A stretch of DNA of 64,000 nucleotides from a virus (Duplodnaviria > Caudoviricetes): the IMG/VR virus record IMGVR_UViG_3300031555_001469; one strand, given 5' to 3'. Made by a program: the position numbers and the translations under genes. Shown here piece by piece: positions 1 through 9,266 of this stretch. The notes below the pieces were generated by a model. It made no database searches. It was not told the DNA's origin and saw only the letters and a list, made by a program, of their open reading frames with translations. Position 1 is the stretch's first letter; each line of letters opens with the position of its first letter.

Positions 1-444
1 GCCGAAGATTATACAGCTCAGGAATTAAGAGCTGCAATCTTAGCTAAGATTGATTTTGCTCAGCAGGATAATATGGTTATCTTCAAGGCAACTGAAGAAA
101 AGCCTACTGTTGATATTAGAGGATACATTACTTATGGTAATAATGTAGCAATGTCCTTTTACCCATTGGCTAATTCAAATGGCTTAATGGAAGCTGCAGA
201 TGTCTCTATTGATAATTCTATTATTGATATTGATGGAGATCCGAAAAATGTGCAAACTGCACTTAAAGAAATATGGAACCGTATGGTAAGAACTACAGAT
301 GGTAATTTTGACATAACTAAGAAATTAGAAGTTAAAATTGGTATGTGTTTCTTTGATACGGTTTTAGGAAAACCTGTATGGTGTAAATCAAAAAACCCAT
401 ATGTGTTTGTGGATGCTATGGGAGAAGAAGTTTATACTGTTTAA
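1..444 (+). CDS. C-terminal part of a probable tail/fibre-associated protein (runs off the window's 5' edge)
   Basis: Frame 1 is open from base 1 (AEDYTAQELR...) into the 73..444 ORF. It ends in GMCFFDTVLGKPVWC...VDAMG, a C-terminal module typical of phage fibre/spike proteins. Confidence 0.55.
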   Translation, partial: AEDYTAQELRAAILAKIDFAQQDNMVIFKATEEKPTVDIRGYITYGNNVAMSFYPLANSNGLMEAADVSIDNSIIDIDGDPKNVQTALKEIWNRMVRTTDGNFDITKKLEVKIGMCFFDTVLGKPVWCKSKNPYVFVDAMGEEVYTV

Positions 445-449
445 AACAA

Positions 450-482
450 TTCCCAGAATAGGCACACAGCCTATTCTGGGAA
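450..482 (+). terminator. intrinsic terminator hairpin
   Basis: TTCCCAGAATAGGC-acaca-GCCTATTCTGGGAA directly after the stop codon. Confidence 0.8.
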
Positions 483-530
483 AATTTTAAAGGACATAGA
501 AGTAATACTGACGTATAAAACTTAAAGAAA

Positions 531-1334
531 GTGAGGATGAACTGTATGGTTTACTTAACTACTGTAACAGAAACACTTGATCAAGTTGGGAGTGTCGCTG
601 AGAACATAGAAAAGTATGGATCTAATGCAGTAATATTAGCTGTCTTTATCATTATACTTCTTATTGTTGTTATGTATATCTACGGATCTAATAAAAAGTT
701 TATTGAGACTCTGATTAGTAATAATCAATCTTATTACGAAGCACTTAAGAAACAGAATAAAGATTTGTTAGATAAACTAATGGATGCAAATGAGCAGATA
801 AGAAACTACGATGAAAAAGACCTTGCTAGTATTTTCGTTAAATTAGATGACAATCTTAAATCTATATGCCAAGAAGTACAGCGTAAGCTCAAAGCAGAAT
901 GTGTATGTGTTTATGTGTTGCATAATGGAACAGTATCAATCCATGGTTTACCATTTTTTAAAATGAGTTGTATAAGTGAGTGGACAAGAAAAGGTTCTGG
1001 TGTATCGAGTAGAATTAAAGAACACACTAACTTACCTATAAATTTGTTTAATGACCTTATATCTGGATTATTCCAAAATGCTGAATATATTATCGATGTT
1101 GATAATATTGAGAATACTAACTTTAAAATGTTTGTTAATGGACCTAGAGTTAGTAAGAGTATATTTATCCCTATATACGATGATGAAAATAAAATGATGG
1201 GATTCATTGTTGCAGATTTCACCAACGAATTAGGGGATGATGAAGAAAGTATTCAGAAAGTTAAAAATGAATTAACAGAAACTGCTAAAGCTATGGCTTT
1301 AGTTCTCGATTATTCTGGATACAGAGAAATTTAA
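531..1334 (+). CDS. membrane protein: TM helix + coiled coil + GAF-like domain (possible T-type holin)
   Basis: Hydrophobic segment AVILAVFIIILLIVVMYIY. C-terminal GAF-like pattern VYVLHNG...SIFIPIYD...MMGFIVADF. Late-type promoter at 493-504. Confidence 0.55.
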   Translation: MRMNCMVYLTTVTETLDQVGSVAENIEKYGSNAVILAVFIIILLIVVMYIYGSNKKFIETLISNNQSYYEALKKQNKDLLDKLMDANEQIRNYDEKDLASIFVKLDDNLKSICQEVQRKLKAECVCVYVLHNGTVSIHGLPFFKMSCISEWTRKGSGVSSRIKEHTNLPINLFNDLISGLFQNAEYIIDVDNIENTNFKMFVNGPRVSKSIFIPIYDDENKMMGFIVADFTNELGDDEESIQKVKNELTETAKAMALVLDYSGYREI

Positions 1335-1350
1335 AATAATAAAAGGAGGT

Positions 1351-3480
1351 ATGTTTATGAAACCCGGAAAAGCAACAGCTGCTTCTGTTTCATTACTATC
1401 TTTAGAAACCGAAGTATCAGAAGATAAAATACTTCAACACGTTGGCGATGAGAGTATACATACTTCTGGTTATGAAAAGGAACAAATAGCTGAAGCCCTT
1501 AAGTCTTTTGCCGACCACAAAAATGACGGCAATGTGCATGTATCCAAAGAGCAAATAGAAGATTGGACTGGTAAAGAAACCCCATCTGGAGCTCAGGATA
1601 AAGTAAATAAGGTAAAGAGCTTATTACAGAAACATGAGAACGATTCTAACGTGCATGTTACTGTTAAGGAAAAAGAAAAATTGCATGATAAATATACGAG
1701 AGCTGAGATTAATGCTTTATTATCTTCAATTGTATCTAGTATCAACTGGGTAGAAGAAGTAGAGACATATGATCAGATTAGTATAGTACACCCTAATCCA
1801 TCTGTAAGAGATACTTGTACAGTACTTGATACTGGAATATCTTATACTTTTAATGGGAAGCAATGGGTTGTTTCTTTCGTATCATTCTTACCTGTAGCTA
1901 CTCCAGTAGAAGATGGTAGAATGTCTAAAGAAGACAAACAAAAATTAGACGACATTGAGCAGGGTGCTAATAACTATCAGCACCCTGACGATGAGTATAG
2001 TAGACATGTAACTGATTCACAGATTAATAGTTGGGAGCATAAAGCAGATGATGTCGAAGCTACAACTATAAATCGTGGGTTAATGTCCCCTACAGATAAA
2101 AAGAAACTCAATTCTGTAGAATACAATGCGAATTATTATGAGCATCCATCTAAGCATCATTATTCTATGATTGAAACAGATGACACTCATCAGTTTATAT
2201 CTAAGGATGAAATTGAATATTTCAATACTAAGGTAGATCCTGACGAATTGCAATCTGCAATTGAAGATGCTATAGATGAAGCAAACAGATACGTCAATAA
2301 TGTAATTAGTAATTTATCTAATACTACTCCAGAATTATATAATCTTTTGATGACTATTCGTAAAGAATTATCTTCTGATACGATTAGTATATTATTAAGA
2401 GATATATCTGGTAAATTAGATACTGAATCATTTAATAACCATGTAAATGATGAATATATTCATGTCACTCCAGAAATGGTGAAGAAAATAAATACTTTAT
2501 TAGCTGATCCTAAGATTGACTGGAATGAGACGAATCCTAATTCTCCTAAGTACATTGTTAATAAACCAGAAGCTTTACCTGCTAATGGTGGTAATGCTGA
2601 TACTGTAGGAGGACTTTCTGCAGCTGCTTTATTATCAAATAGAAAAGCTGCTACTGTAACTATTGGTACATTAAGAGCAAACTGTTTAACAAGATCTGTA
2701 GATTATATTTGTGATGGTAAAAATGATGCAGAAGTTATTCAGAAAGCTTTTAATATGATATCAAGTTTCGGTGGAACAATTCTTTTTAGAGAAGGTACTT
2801 ATTTAGTTGATTCCTCACTTACATTACATGGTAATAATATTACCATCGATTCTTGCAATGCTACAATTGAAAAGACTTTCTCTGATGGAACTTTGTTAAA
2901 TGTGTCTGGAGATAACTGTGTGATAAAGAATTTGTCTTTTAAGTATGGTTCGTACCCAAACAATAACAATACATTCATTAATATCAAAGGATCTAATAAT
3001 ATAATAAGAGATAACCATTTCTTAAATGGCAGTGCTGTTATATTAGGATCTGGTTCTAATAATATTATCTCTCACAATGTTATAGATAATCCTTTCTATG
3101 GTATAAGTGTTATGCCTGAGAAAGGTAATGCTAATTACAATTCAGTGAATGATAATAGTATTATAGGTGGTCAATATGGTATCGTTATTAAAGGTACTAG
3201 TTGGTCTATCCTTCACAACTTTATCAAGGATAATAAGATACTTAACTGTGGTGTTGGATTATGGTTAACGTCTTCTGTTCCTATCAATGATAAGGTAAGT
3301 GGTTGTGGTATTACTGGCAATCATGTTCTTAGAGGGTTTGGTGATGACTCCTCTTATGGAACCAACCAAAAAGACATATTGGTCGAGTATGGATTTAAGA
3401 ACATCATTTCAGGAAACACTCTGAAAAAGATCGAGATCAGAGGCTCTAAGAATCAGGTTGTTAATAATATAAATGTATAA
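1351..3480 (+). CDS. tail fibre/spike with His-rich shaft repeats and C-terminal parallel beta-helix
   Basis: Repeated HxxDxxxH(V/T) and YxHP motifs, GRMSKEDKQKLD/GLMSPTDKKKLN fibre repeats, then DAEVIQKAF...GGTILFREGTY and Asn/Ile-rich beta-helix rungs. Confidence 0.75.
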   Translation: MFMKPGKATAASVSLLSLETEVSEDKILQHVGDESIHTSGYEKEQIAEALKSFADHKNDGNVHVSKEQIEDWTGKETPSGAQDKVNKVKSLLQKHENDSNVHVTVKEKEKLHDKYTRAEINALLSSIVSSINWVEEVETYDQISIVHPNPSVRDTCTVLDTGISYTFNGKQWVVSFVSFLPVATPVEDGRMSKEDKQKLDDIEQGANNYQHPDDEYSRHVTDSQINSWEHKADDVEATTINRGLMSPTDKKKLNSVEYNANYYEHPSKHHYSMIETDDTHQFISKDEIEYFNTKVDPDELQSAIEDAIDEANRYVNNVISNLSNTTPELYNLLMTIRKELSSDTISILLRDISGKLDTESFNNHVNDEYIHVTPEMVKKINTLLADPKIDWNETNPNSPKYIVNKPEALPANGGNADTVGGLSAAALLSNRKAATVTIGTLRANCLTRSVDYICDGKNDAEVIQKAFNMISSFGGTILFREGTYLVDSSLTLHGNNITIDSCNATIEKTFSDGTLLNVSGDNCVIKNLSFKYGSYPNNNNTFINIKGSNNIIRDNHFLNGSAVILGSGSNNIISHNVIDNPFYGISVMPEKGNANYNSVNDNSIIGGQYGIVIKGTSWSILHNFIKDNKILNCGVGLWLTSSVPINDKVSGCGITGNHVLRGFGDDSSYGTNQKDILVEYGFKNIISGNTLKKIEIRGSKNQVVNNINV

Positions 3481-3485
3481 GTTTA

Positions 3486-3513
3486 AGGCTAGGGTATTAA
3501 ATTACCCTAGCCT
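3486..3513 (+). terminator. intrinsic terminator hairpin
   Basis: AGGCTAGGGTA-ttaaat-TACCCTAGCCT. Confidence 0.75.
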
Positions 3514-3548
3514 GAACTTTTTATTAATATTAAAAGGAGGTATAAAAT

Positions 3549-4157
3549 ATGGACGATTTAACTTTATCGTTAATTATCATTGCTTTATTATGTATTAATC
3601 TTATTCCTATATACATAATGGTGACCAAATTTCTTTCTAAGAAAGAACCAAAAGGAAAAAAGAAAAAGATTTCTGAAGAATCATTTAACGAATTATATGA
3701 TGCTTGTTTTGCTGTATTAAAAGATTTAATCTATAGAAGAGAATATTTTAATACATTCATAGAACTCGCTGATCATGTCAAAGACTACTATCTTACCCAT
3801 ATCTCTATAGAATCTTATAAAGGTATAGATGAAGAGATTAGAGATATTACAGTGTTTGGTATTGTAGTATATATAGTCAAAGAACATGAATTCGAATCAA
3901 GGCTAATCAAAAAGCCTATAGCTAATATGTCTATAGAACATCGTGGTGCAGGTGTAAAAGAAGATGGTTCTGTAACTATACCATCTGAAGTATTATCTAG
4001 ATTCGGTGGTAAAGTTGTAGCCCACACTACAGACCCAGAAGAACCTACAATTGAATACATTAAATCTACCGATAAACCTAAATCTGTAGAAATAAAGGAA
4101 CCAAAATACGATAAAGAATCTATGATACATTCTATCAACCAATTTTATGAAGAATAG
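3549..4157 (+). CDS. hypothetical membrane-anchored protein
   Basis: AAAGGAGG SD; N-terminal TM helix followed by a Lys-rich stretch. Confidence 0.7.
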   Translation: MDDLTLSLIIIALLCINLIPIYIMVTKFLSKKEPKGKKKKISEESFNELYDACFAVLKDLIYRREYFNTFIELADHVKDYYLTHISIESYKGIDEEIRDITVFGIVVYIVKEHEFESRLIKKPIANMSIEHRGAGVKEDGSVTIPSEVLSRFGGKVVAHTTDPEEPTIEYIKSTDKPKSVEIKEPKYDKESMIHSINQFYEE

Positions 4158-4159
4158 AC

Positions 4160-5437
4160 TCAGTTGAGTCTATTCTTCATAGCTTCGTCTAAATTGACGA
4201 TGGTCGAATTTACGTAATTCATATCAATATAAATAGCTGCACAAGATACAGGGTCAGTATGAAGTTCTGTGCAAGTAACTTCTAGTGTTTCCCAATTTAT
4301 CTTAGTCGGCAACTCTTTCCCATTATTATGAATCTTAATATCTAAGAAGACTGATGGACTGACCATAATTGATTTAGTATAGTCTATAACTCTTCCTACA
4401 TCAGACCCTACAAATAATGGAGTAAAGTCTATATTAATATATTCATGTAGATTGGTTTCTACGATATCCGTACTGAGAAATTTATTCCATCCTTTTTCAT
4501 TAGTATCAGGAATATAACCTAATCTAATGGTATTAATAAATGTAATATTTTCTCCATTTACAGTATCTCCTAAGATACCAATAAGTTTGTTTTCTTGTAA
4601 AGAATATAAGATATAAACCTGAGGTGCTGGGAATCTAGTTTCTGTATTAATTTCAATTGTGAAATTGCCCATTAACTGTCCAGTTCTTTCTCCATTGTCT
4701 ATACTTATATCAGTAACTCTAGTATGCACATACATATCAGTTACTCTAATAAAGAACTCCTGTCTACCATTTACATATCTAAGTTTATAGATAAAAGGTA
4801 TAGCAGAGTGTGAATTTAAATATACTAAGAATTCATCTATCTTATAGATTTTCTTCTTTTCTTTATCTGTTTTAAATCCAGCGTGTTCAGCAACCTGTAA
4901 AAGTAATTCAAAAGGTACATGAACATCGGTAGATATATACTGACCAGAAGTCTGTCCTAATGCTAACTTCAGTCTCTGGTATAAATCTAACTGCTGACTC
5001 TTGGTCTTAACTTTTATCTTATATTGAGTATTTAACTTCAGTACTTCAAAGTTAATACCAATTCTCATATCATTTTTATGATCAATAAAGAACGCTCTAT
5101 CAAAGCCAGATCTCTTTACATAAGTTTTAAGCTTAGTGCAATTAAGATCCAGATATTCATTATTGAATTGATAATCTAATTCTGGAATAATAGTTAAATT
5201 AGGTGATGGTCTCTTAAGTAACTGCGCTCTAGTTAATTTAGCCATCTCACTAAATATATGGCTACCATCTACATATATAGATTCATCTTTAAAGAAATTT
5301 TTTGGACATCTTTCTATAATCCAATTCTTCACATATTCTATAGCAACACTATATGCATGAGAATGTGATGGTACTATAAGATCACTATATAGTGACCCCT
5401 TAGATATTTCCTGAATAGTAACTTTTCTTATAGCCAT
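4160..5437 (-). CDS. hypothetical protein, probably virion structural
   Basis: 425-aa ORF with GAAAGGAGG SD and beta-rich composition; function not recognised. Confidence 0.6.
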   Translation of the reverse strand: MAIRKVTIQEISKGSLYSDLIVPSHSHAYSVAIEYVKNWIIERCPKNFFKDESIYVDGSHIFSEMAKLTRAQLLKRPSPNLTIIPELDYQFNNEYLDLNCTKLKTYVKRSGFDRAFFIDHKNDMRIGINFEVLKLNTQYKIKVKTKSQQLDLYQRLKLALGQTSGQYISTDVHVPFELLLQVAEHAGFKTDKEKKKIYKIDEFLVYLNSHSAIPFIYKLRYVNGRQEFFIRVTDMYVHTRVTDISIDNGERTGQLMGNFTIEINTETRFPAPQVYILYSLQENKLIGILGDTVNGENITFINTIRLGYIPDTNEKGWNKFLSTDIVETNLHEYINIDFTPLFVGSDVGRVIDYTKSIMVSPSVFLDIKIHNNGKELPTKINWETLEVTCTELHTDPVSCAAIYIDMNYVNSTIVNLDEAMKNRLN

Positions 5438-5468
5438 TGAAATTCCTCCTTTCAGACAAAAAATAAAG

Positions 5469-5501
5469 TTCCCATTATCTCAATGTTTGAGATAATGGGA
5501 A
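5469..5501 (-). terminator. intrinsic terminator
   Basis: 15-bp perfect inverted repeat followed by a T-run on the minus strand. Confidence 0.8.
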
Positions 5502-5507
5502 ACTGTT

Positions 5508-6287
5508 TTAATTATTAAATATATCTATGAATGCTTCGAAATTCTTTCCTCCAGGAATTGCAAATACTACCTTTTCAAAACAATTAGCGTACTTAGTCTT
5601 TAAAAAGTATTTGAATATAGTTGCAACTTCGTAAGGGTCATTACCGAATACTCCACATCCAAAAGCACCTAATATTAATGTATCTACCTTCTCAGAATAT
5701 GCTGTATATAATACATGGTTTATTCTGGAAACAAGAGCGTTATTTACATCATCATCAGATACTCTATAATATTTCTGTGCACTTTTCTTATTAGGAGCAG
5801 CACACGTTATAACATCAGCTCTGTATATAACACCAGCATAATCTTCAAAGATTACATCCGGTGTATATATAGCTCTATCCACATATAATGATTTATTAAG
5901 CATTTTCTTATTCTGGTTATAATAGGTTGGTGCAAATGCTAATAAGATATTATATAAATTAGACGTATGACATAACGCTTCTTCCTGAGCATTAGAGCCA
6001 TTTAAAAACATACCACCTGGCTTCTTAAAAGAAGCGAAGTTTAATGCTGCTAACTTAAGACTGATTGGTCGATATCTAAATATAGCATTAGTAGTATCAA
6101 GTTCCTCAATCAGAATATTCATATTCGGAAATCTAGGCTTTATATCAGGAACTCCGTCGAACCAGTCATATACTTTAGACCTATCAATAGAGTCAGATGT
6201 ATTAGGTTCATACTGAAATTTCATCTTCAGATAATGAGCCTGTGCTAATTCTGATAACTGTTCTTTATGTTTTCTTGGATCAAACAT
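5508..6287 (-). CDS. bacterial-type poly(ADP-ribose) glycohydrolase / macrodomain (TIGR02452-like)
   Basis: LNFASFKKPGGMFLNGSNAQEEALC catalytic signature; IYTPDV, VITCAAPN, LILGAFGCGVFGND. Confidence 0.9.
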   Translation of the reverse strand: MFDPRKHKEQLSELAQAHYLKMKFQYEPNTSDSIDRSKVYDWFDGVPDIKPRFPNMNILIEELDTTNAIFRYRPISLKLAALNFASFKKPGGMFLNGSNAQEEALCHTSNLYNILLAFAPTYYNQNKKMLNKSLYVDRAIYTPDVIFEDYAGVIYRADVITCAAPNKKSAQKYYRVSDDDVNNALVSRINHVLYTAYSEKVDTLILGAFGCGVFGNDPYEVATIFKYFLKTKYANCFEKVVFAIPGGKNFEAFIDIFNN

Positions 6288-6522
6288 TGGCTTCTACCTC
6301 CTCTAATTTATAATATGGTGAAATGGATTCTATAACTCTCCAAATCATTGTGTTTAATTTAGGTTCAAACTGGGTATTCATTTCTGGATTATCGGAAATA
6401 CAATACAACCAGCTAAAGTCTGCAATCTCGTTATCAGGTTCTATCATAACTACAGTACCATGTCCTTCAATACCTGTAATCTCATCGATAACTGTAATCT
6501 TTAAAATCTTATTTTGTTCCAT
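6280..6522 (-). CDS. hypothetical protein
   Basis: Operon-coupled ORF with GGAGG SD. Confidence 0.7.
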   Translation of the reverse strand: MEQNKILKITVIDEITGIEGHGTVVMIEPDNEIADFSWLYCISDNPEMNTQFEPKLNTMIWRVIESISPYYKLEEVEANV

Positions 6523-6918
6523 TTAATCTACCTCCAACTCAACTAACTTATTATGAAGTATTCTAGCTTCGACATATTTATCGAAATATTTCACTCCAAC
6601 GAAGTGATCATTATGATCAAACCATTTTTTATTAATTTCATCATAATTATCTCCTTCAATTTCCAATCCGTATAAAGAACCTATTCTCTTCATCTCAAGA
6701 ACAGCTTCTTCTTTAGCCTTTCTGATATCCTCAGATTTAGGTACGATATTATTTAATGCAGTAAAGTATCCGATATAAGAAATATATCTTTTAAATTTCT
6801 CAATATCTTCCTCGCTGCCATAAATATACTTTGATTTGATTATTTCATAACACAAACCAAACTCCTTAGCTTCGTAGTCCTTGTCTCCATTTGAACAAAA
6901 CATCTTTACTACGTTCAT
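6523..6918 (-). CDS. hypothetical protein
   Basis: AAGGAG SD; abuts the next ORF. Confidence 0.7.
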   Translation of the reverse strand: MNVVKMFCSNGDKDYEAKEFGLCYEIIKSKYIYGSEEDIEKFKRYISYIGYFTALNNIVPKSEDIRKAKEEAVLEMKRIGSLYGLEIEGDNYDEINKKWFDHNDHFVGVKYFDKYVEARILHNKLVELEVD

Positions 6919-6947
6919 TAGTAATATCTCCTTTTATTAATATATTT

Positions 6948-6981
6948 TAAGCAAGAGGATCATAGTAAATCCTCTTGCTTA
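6948..6981 (-). terminator. terminator hairpin
   Basis: TAAGCAAGAGGAT-N8-ATCCTCTTGCTTA after the beta'-N gene. Confidence 0.75.
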
Positions 6982-6987
6982 CTTACA

Positions 6988-8541
6988 TTACATAGCATTC
7001 TTTAACTCCATGATTCTAGCAACCTGTTCTTTAGAATATCTTTCTCTAGAAAGGTTGATCATAGCATTGGAGTTGATAATACTATCTCTAGCGAAATTGA
7101 TATCATTGTTAAAACGACCATCATTTCTGCTAATATACATTGCATTACGAGGATTAAGAATTCTCTCTGCTCTTTCTGCAAATGGTTTATTTATCAGATA
7201 CAGAATATTAAGAGTATCCCCGTCGAAGTCAGCACCGAGAGGTTTCAGTATCTGTAATGGGATAGACATAGTAAAGTTATCATTAATTCCCACTACATAC
7301 ATCTGCATTAAAGATCCGTAGTTAATAGAAGGATTTCGATTGATTAATACAGGAATACCGTTAGGTGTATCCTTGATTAATAATTCGATAATAGTCTTAA
7401 CTCTAGGATCTAACTTAATCTGTGCTTTATACCATGTCTTATATGCTTCACTATAACTATAACCATATGTCTTCTGAAGTACATTGATAATAGTTTGCTG
7501 AAGTAATTCGACTAATCCATGATATGGTAATCTAACCTGATCGATTCGTAAATCCGGACCAGGCACAATTACAGATCGAGAACTGAAGTTATATCTTCCG
7601 CCGAAGAGCTGTCTGATAACACCCTTCTTCTGAGCAAGACCCGCTTCAATCTCTTTGTATAAATCATTATAGTAAGTCTGCATTTCGAATAAGAGCTGTT
7701 CCTTAGGTTTCTTACTTCTAGAAATTCTAAGGTTAGTTCTATTTAATTCCGCAGCTAACTTAGCCATGATATTATAAGTGGCATTAGTACCTTCGAATAC
7801 TAATTTCTCACCTTCTACTCTAAACGGTCTTAAGTGAGTAGTATATACAGGTACTGACTGTATAAATAACTTATCCAAGTTGGTCATGATATCATTATAA
7901 TATTCATACTTACCCGGATACTTATCTACATAATAATTTAAGATTTCCTCGATTCTTTCTCTAAAGGAAATCATACCGATTCCAAAGAACGGTTCATCTT
8001 TTACAATTTGGTCATAAGACTTTGACTTTAATAAATGAACCAAATCTTTATCGCTCTTTTTCTTGCTAATACTAAAACCATCAATATCTTTTTCATCGAT
8101 ACGTCTGATGATATTAATAAGCTTACTGGTTCCAATTAAAAACTCCAGTGATTTGTACAGATTCGGATGGATAAGATAATAAGGTCCTCTTATTACAATC
8201 CAACCAAAGTACTCGAAATCATCATCAAGGAATTCTACTCTATGCCCACAAATAGGACACTTAATTCCATGATTGATTCTTGACTTAAGATGACCACATT
8301 TACATTTATATCTATCTGCAAATGCGTTTACATCTTGTAACGTTTGACCATATCTCGTTGAGAATATGGTGTTGATACCATTATTGATATCTTTCTTGAT
8401 TGAGGATGGTTCTGTTATAACAAAACCATTACCTGTTAGTAAATCTTTTTCCCTCTCCTCATCCAGATTAATTCGTTCGAGTCTACACTCATAATGAAAA
8501 TCTGGATCAAAAGGATACTGTTTGTTAATGTTGTCTGCCAT
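6988..8541 (-). CDS. multisubunit phage RNA polymerase beta'-like subunit, N-terminal half with catalytic motif (probably non-virion RNAP)
   Basis: Zn finger CKCG...CPIC, GGRYNFSSRSVIVPG, LINRNPSI, and catalytic PLGADFDGDT; preceded by an early-type promoter. Confidence 0.92.
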   Translation of the reverse strand: MADNINKQYPFDPDFHYECRLERINLDEEREKDLLTGNGFVITEPSSIKKDINNGINTIFSTRYGQTLQDVNAFADRYKCKCGHLKSRINHGIKCPICGHRVEFLDDDFEYFGWIVIRGPYYLIHPNLYKSLEFLIGTSKLINIIRRIDEKDIDGFSISKKKSDKDLVHLLKSKSYDQIVKDEPFFGIGMISFRERIEEILNYYVDKYPGKYEYYNDIMTNLDKLFIQSVPVYTTHLRPFRVEGEKLVFEGTNATYNIMAKLAAELNRTNLRISRSKKPKEQLLFEMQTYYNDLYKEIEAGLAQKKGVIRQLFGGRYNFSSRSVIVPGPDLRIDQVRLPYHGLVELLQQTIINVLQKTYGYSYSEAYKTWYKAQIKLDPRVKTIIELLIKDTPNGIPVLINRNPSINYGSLMQMYVVGINDNFTMSIPLQILKPLGADFDGDTLNILYLINKPFAERAERILNPRNAMYISRNDGRFNNDINFARDSIINSNAMINLSRERYSKEQVARIMELKNAM

Positions 8542-8569
8542 AATTAAAAGATCCTCCTTTTATTATCAT

Positions 8570-8584
8570 CATTATAATAATATA
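8570..8584 (-). promoter_or_regulatory. early-type phage promoter TATATTAT-N5-TG
   Basis: TATATTATTATAATG upstream of the beta'-N gene; the motif recurs 13 times in the window. Confidence 0.7.
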
Positions 8585-8610
8585 TATTTCATTATTAAAT
8601 TGAGATATCT

Positions 8611-8622
8611 TATTTCTTTGTT
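8611..8622 (-). promoter_or_regulatory. late-type promoter AACA-N6-TA
   Basis: AACAaagaaaTA upstream of the beta'-N gene. Confidence 0.45.
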
Positions 8623-8677
8623 TGGGTCTGAATAATTTCCAACAAAAAATAAACGTAGAGTTGTTAAATATAAAAAA

Positions 8678-8699
8678 CAAGCTAGCCGAAGCTAGCTTG
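8678..8699 (-). terminator. intrinsic terminator with UUCG loop
   Basis: Minus strand CAAGCTAGC-TTCG-GCTAGCTTG-TTTTTT. Confidence 0.85.
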
Positions 8700-8704
8700 C
8701 GCCA

Positions 8705-8820
8705 CCTAAAGTCTATTCTACAAAAGAAAATATAAAACTATCTTAACGGTTGTTTACACGAACTAATCGTGTATCTTATGAGCTTTATAACAATCTTTTG
8801 TAGGAATAGATAAGTTTAGG
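8705..8820 (-). ncRNA. putative rod-shaped structured RNA in a 3' UTR
   Basis: Nested pairings CCTAAA/TTTAGG, TCTATT/AATAGA, CTACAAAAGA/TCTTTTGTAG, TATAAAGCT/AGTTTTATA, then a bubble and TACACGA/TCGTGTA. Confidence 0.5.
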
Positions 8821-9169
8821 TCTCTTCAAAGAATAATTGTTTTTTAAGTCTCGCTACTGTGTACTGGGATAATTCTTGAACTTCTAATAAGTCTCGTATT
8901 GATAACTTATCTATGTAGTCAATTATGAAACCCTCTGATAACTTCTGTGAATATGAGATAATTTTCATATTCAGATATTCCATATTCTTTATAATAAAAG
9001 GTTCGGATAGCTTTTGATATAAGCTAAGCAAATCTTTATCAAAATATGAAATATGTTTTTGTAGGAAACCTTCCGAAAACTGTCGTTTTTCTATAAGATT
9101 ATCTAAATTAGTTTTAGAAATCTTAGAAATTATTTGCGACAGATAATCTTCAGAAAAATCTAAATACAT
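8816..9169 (-). CDS. short repeat protein (..QKLSExFI.. repeats)
   Basis: About four ~22-aa repeats (RQFSEGFL, YQKLSEPFI, SQKLSEGFI, VQELSQYTV); early promoter at 9207-9221. Confidence 0.7.
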   Translation of the reverse strand: MYLDFSEDYLSQIISKISKTNLDNLIEKRQFSEGFLQKHISYFDKDLLSLYQKLSEPFIIKNMEYLNMKIISYSQKLSEGFIIDYIDKLSIRDLLEVQELSQYTVARLKKQLFFEET

Positions 9170-9233
9170 AAAATCATTCCTTTCTCTCGAATATTTAGTT
9201 CCTCTACCTTATTATAATATATGCTTGGCAATA

Positions 9234-9261
9234 AGCCGTATACCAAAATAGGTATACGGCT
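9234..9261 (-). terminator. terminator hairpin
   Basis: AGCCGTATACC-N6-GGTATACGGCT. Confidence 0.75.
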
Positions 9262-9266
9262 CATTG

